From a virus (Duplodnaviria > Caudoviricetes), in the IMG/VR virus record IMGVR_UViG_3300037466_003648, positions 96,001 to 160,000 of that record: 64,000 bases of DNA. One strand, given 5' to 3'. Positions 61,423-64,000 of this stretch are shown piece after piece. The translations under genes were made by a program, and so were the position numbers. The notes below the pieces were generated by a model. That model did not search any database. It saw only the letters and a list, made by a program, of their open reading frames with translations, and was not told the DNA's origin. Every line of letters begins with the position of its first letter. Position 1 is the first letter of the stretch.

Positions 61423-61749
61423 TTAGATCAGGTACCAGGCGCTGACGCCGTCGTACATCAACGTGATGGACATGCGGTTAAGGGTCATCAAGAGGCTGGT
61501 GTCGCCTTCGATCGTGTCACTGCCGCCCGGCAACACGGTAATGTTATGATTGGTTGCGTCGTTGTTCGCGTCCTTGATGTAGACGATCGCACCAGCTTGA
61601 GGAGCGGTGGGAAGCGTCACGGCGAAGGTGCCCAACACCGCGAGCTTGACCAGCACGGCTTCCCAGGCAGCAGCCGTGTAGGTACTACCTGTCGTCTTGA
61701 TGACAGGCGTCAGGAAGTTTTCCAGCTCTCGTGCAGAAATCTTGCCCAC
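61423..61749 (-). CDS. small tail-associated beta protein
   Basis: VTLPTAP..G..V.IKD...A..NITV...G.DTIEG pattern seen in tail-fibre modules. Confidence 0.65.
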   Translation of the reverse strand: MGKISARELENFLTPVIKTTGSTYTAAAWEAVLVKLAVLGTFAVTLPTAPQAGAIVYIKDANNDATNHNITVLPGGSDTIEGDTSLLMTLNRMSITLMYDGVSAWYLI

Positions 61750-61758
61750 GGTGCTCTC

Positions 61759-62049
61759 CTAGGTGTAGATCTCAACGAATCCGGTCGCATACGTAGCGGC
61801 TGCGATGAAACCCTTGATGAATTGCGGATCGCCCCAGCCGTCTGGCGCGGGCTTACGACTGTTGAAGGTCAGCTCGTACCGGGCACCTGCCGGACCACTG
61901 CAGCTGATGTACTGGGGATGCTCCCGCAGCAGATGCATGAAGCGGTCTTCATCGGATAGCAGCCACGTAGGGCGCGGACCGTCCGGGTTGGGGGGAAGGT
62001 GCAGCGTGTACACCGTCTCCTCGACGTCGATCTGAAGTGCCAGCACCAT
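61759..62049 (-). CDS. hypothetical protein
   Basis: Start reassigned to ATG 62049, immediately after the upstream stop. Confidence 0.5.
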   Translation of the reverse strand: MVLALQIDVEETVYTLHLPPNPDGPRPTWLLSDEDRFMHLLREHPQYISCSGPAGARYELTFNSRKPAPDGWGDPQFIKGFIAAATYATGFVEIYT

Positions 62050-62050
62050 C

Positions 62051-62311
62051 CTACTTGGCCTTCTTCGAGACGGGCTTCGGCTCTTTGGCCAACGCTTCCT
62101 CGACGGGGGCTGGAGCCGGTTCCGGCTTCGAGAAGGTATCCGTCGCGCGGTCGTAAACGTCGCCAATGGCAACTTCGGGATCGCGTCCAGTCACCTCTAC
62201 AGGATCGGGGTAGTCTTCGTGGTCCTCGAAAACGGGCACCAGGTCGTCATAGCGCTCGAAGAAGCACTTGACGACGTTGTCCTTGGTGAGTTCGGCGTAC
62301 CTGCGGGGCAT
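62051..62311 (-). CDS. small tail-fibre-associated protein
   Basis: AAGGAG RBS; YAEL...VV...V.IGDVYD...F..PEP pattern. Confidence 0.55.
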   Translation of the reverse strand: MPRRYAELTKDNVVKCFFERYDDLVPVFEDHEDYPDPVEVTGRDPEVAIGDVYDRATDTFSKPEPAPAPVEEALAKEPKPVSKKAK

Positions 62312-62370
62312 GTTTATCTCCTTGAGCATTTAGTGTGGAGTAAGCTCGCGCACAAGAAGTGCGCGCGTTA

Positions 62371-63663
62371 CTAAGCTTCCACCCAGTACACAACCACGAA
62401 ACCAGCACCACCTGCGGGCGGGGTCGTGCCGCTGCCGCTGGCACCGCCGCCGCCAAACCCGCCGCCGCTCAAAACGGTGGTGCCGCAAGCGTAGCCACCA
62501 CCCGCGCCGCCGCCAAAGCCCAAGGACCCGGTCCCTGCTACGCCACCGCTGGTGTTGCCACCCCCGCCGTTGGTGTCGCCGTTGACAGAACCACCGCCGC
62601 CGCCACCGGCTTGACCAACAGCACTGGTGGACGAGCCACCGCCGCCGCCACCGCCAGCACCGTTACCGCCAGTGGTGCCGGAGCCAGCCGTGCCATTGTT
62701 GCCCTTGCCACCACCGCCACCGCCCGCGTTGGCACTGGTGGCACCGGCATTGCCACCACCACCGCCACCGCCACCGCCGTAGGCGCTGCCGTTGCCCGAC
62801 GCTCCGTTGCCACCCGGCAGGTTGATGATACCCGCGGTCGTTTGGAACTGCCAGGCGCTGGCATTCAGGTTGGTATCCGTGATGTCCGACCAGCTACCAC
62901 CGCCGGTACCACCACTACCACCGGCAGCTCCAGAGCTGGTAGTACTAATACCACCACCGGCTGCCGACAGGAGGGCACCAAAACTGGACGTGCTGCCGCT
63001 GGAAGTGCCTACAGTGACCGTGATGGCTGCTGTGCTGGTGATCAGCGAGGTCACGTCAGCCATCTTATGCTGAGCGCCGCCACCGCCGCCCGAACCGTTG
63101 GCGGAATTGTAACCACCCGCACCCGACAGCCAGACAAGAACCCGCAAGAAACCACGAAGGTTGCCCTGCGGAATGCTCCAGCTGCCGCTGCCCGTGTACA
63201 CCGTCTTCTTGAGCTTTGCAGCTGGAAGCATGCACGCGTTCATGAGAATGGCGTAAGCACCTGCCTGGGTGAACATCGCAGCCTTGGCATACGGAGAGCC
63301 CAGCATCGCGCTAATCGCGGGGCCAACCGTCACCACGCGGTCCATGATGGCTTGAGAAGCTGCAAAGGTGTTCATGCCTGTGGAGCTGGTCGCGATCAGA
63401 CCCATGAACGTGGTGCTGCGCAGCATCTCGCCAAAGGCAATGGGCTCTGTCTGCACGACGGCCATAGCTGTAGCCGAACCGGCAATGGCCGTTGCGGCAG
63501 CGCTGCTGTCAGCCAGCGCGCGGCAATGGTAGCGCGACTCCAACATGAGTCGGAAGGCGCCCAGCTCATTGGCATCGGCCAGGCGAGTCTCCAGCTGGGA
63601 CGCGTTCAGGCTGCCCGCCAGAAGCAGGTTCACCGTCCGCAAACCACGAATAGAACCAGACAT
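62371..63663 (-). CDS. glycine-rich tail or fibre-associated protein
   Basis: 430 aa; VYTGSGSWSIP...RVLVWLSGAGG...GFVVVYW framing Gly-rich repeats. Confidence 0.75.
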   Translation of the reverse strand: MSGSIRGLRTVNLLLAGSLNASQLETRLADANELGAFRLMLESRYHCRALADSSAAATAIAGSATAMAVVQTEPIAFGEMLRSTTFMGLIATSSTGMNTFAASQAIMDRVVTVGPAISAMLGSPYAKAAMFTQAGAYAILMNACMLPAAKLKKTVYTGSGSWSIPQGNLRGFLRVLVWLSGAGGYNSANGSGGGGGAQHKMADVTSLITSTAAITVTVGTSSGSTSSFGALLSAAGGGISTTSSGAAGGSGGTGGGSWSDITDTNLNASAWQFQTTAGIINLPGGNGASGNGSAYGGGGGGGGGNAGATSANAGGGGGGKGNNGTAGSGTTGGNGAGGGGGGGSSTSAVGQAGGGGGGSVNGDTNGGGGNTSGGVAGTGSLGFGGGAGGGYACGTTVLSGGGFGGGGASGSGTTPPAGGAGFVVVYWVEA

Positions 63664-63673
63664 GGAGCCCTCC

Positions 63674-63997
63674 TTACGAGTTCATGACGCCGACGCGCCA
63701 GATGTTTCCGGGTACGGCAACCGTACCGCCACTGGGGTTGGAGATCGTCAGGGTGATGGTATCGGCACCTGTAACGACCGCTTTGTAAGTAATGGCCGTG
63801 GGCAGATCCATGGGCGGGCCGACCACCGTGCAATCGTTGGCACGCGCACCGGGCACCGAAACGGCCAGGGTGTACGACAAACCTGCCGTCAAGCTCTGGG
63901 TTGCAACACTGACGAGAACCGTGTTCGGACGGACTTCCTCGATCAAGGGATCGACATATGCCATTACGAAGTCGATGTTCGCCAACTCCATAAACAA
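63674..63997 (-). CDS. small tail-associated hypothetical protein
   Basis: Beta-rich 107-aa ORF at the window edge; true start uncertain. Confidence 0.6.
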   Translation of the reverse strand: MFMELANIDFVMAYVDPLIEEVRPNTVLVSVATQSLTAGLSYTLAVSVPGARANDCTVVGPPMDLPTAITYKAVVTGADTITLTISNPSGGTVAVPGNIWRVGVMNS

Positions 63998-64000
63998 GCG

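Noticed and set aside
60504-63663. CCACCG/CCGCCG runs as DNA tandem repeats or regulatory elements
   Set aside because: Fully explained by Gly-rich coding sequence on the minus strand.

Overview
This window looks like part of a large, high-GC tailed dsDNA phage genome in two convergent modules that meet with a 4-nt overlap at 36704-36707. The + strand (1-36707) carries replication, recombination and nucleotide genes: beta clamp, gamma/tau-like and delta-like clamp-loader subunits, a DnaQ exonuclease, primase, three helicases (SNF2, SF2, UvrD), RNase HII, class II RNR, two PD-(D/E)xK nucleases, family-4 UDG, two methyltransferase-fold proteins, three P-loop kinases and two HU proteins. The - strand (36704-64000) carries virion and lysis genes: Gly-rich tail proteins, a glycoside hydrolase, a metallopeptidase, holin, amidase, terminase large subunit and a 3972-aa multi-enzyme virion protein. 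I found no tRNA, rRNA, CRISPR array, integrase or transposase. The strongest candidate for an undescribed system is the non-coding block at 35961-36397. It has two tandem sigma70-like promoters that would give a ~80-nt sRNA and a ~285-nt structured RNA with complementary 11-nt loops, ending in a terminator ahead of a small membrane protein gene. Other notable items are an Hfq-like gene, an ACP-like protein with Asp in place of the phosphopantetheine Ser, a LysM domain inserted in DnaQ, two short C-terminal modules shared by unrelated proteins, and promoters embedded in hairpins that hide the RBS. All assignments come from reading motifs by eye. No database searches or folding software were run, and transcription start sites are inferred from promoter spacing.
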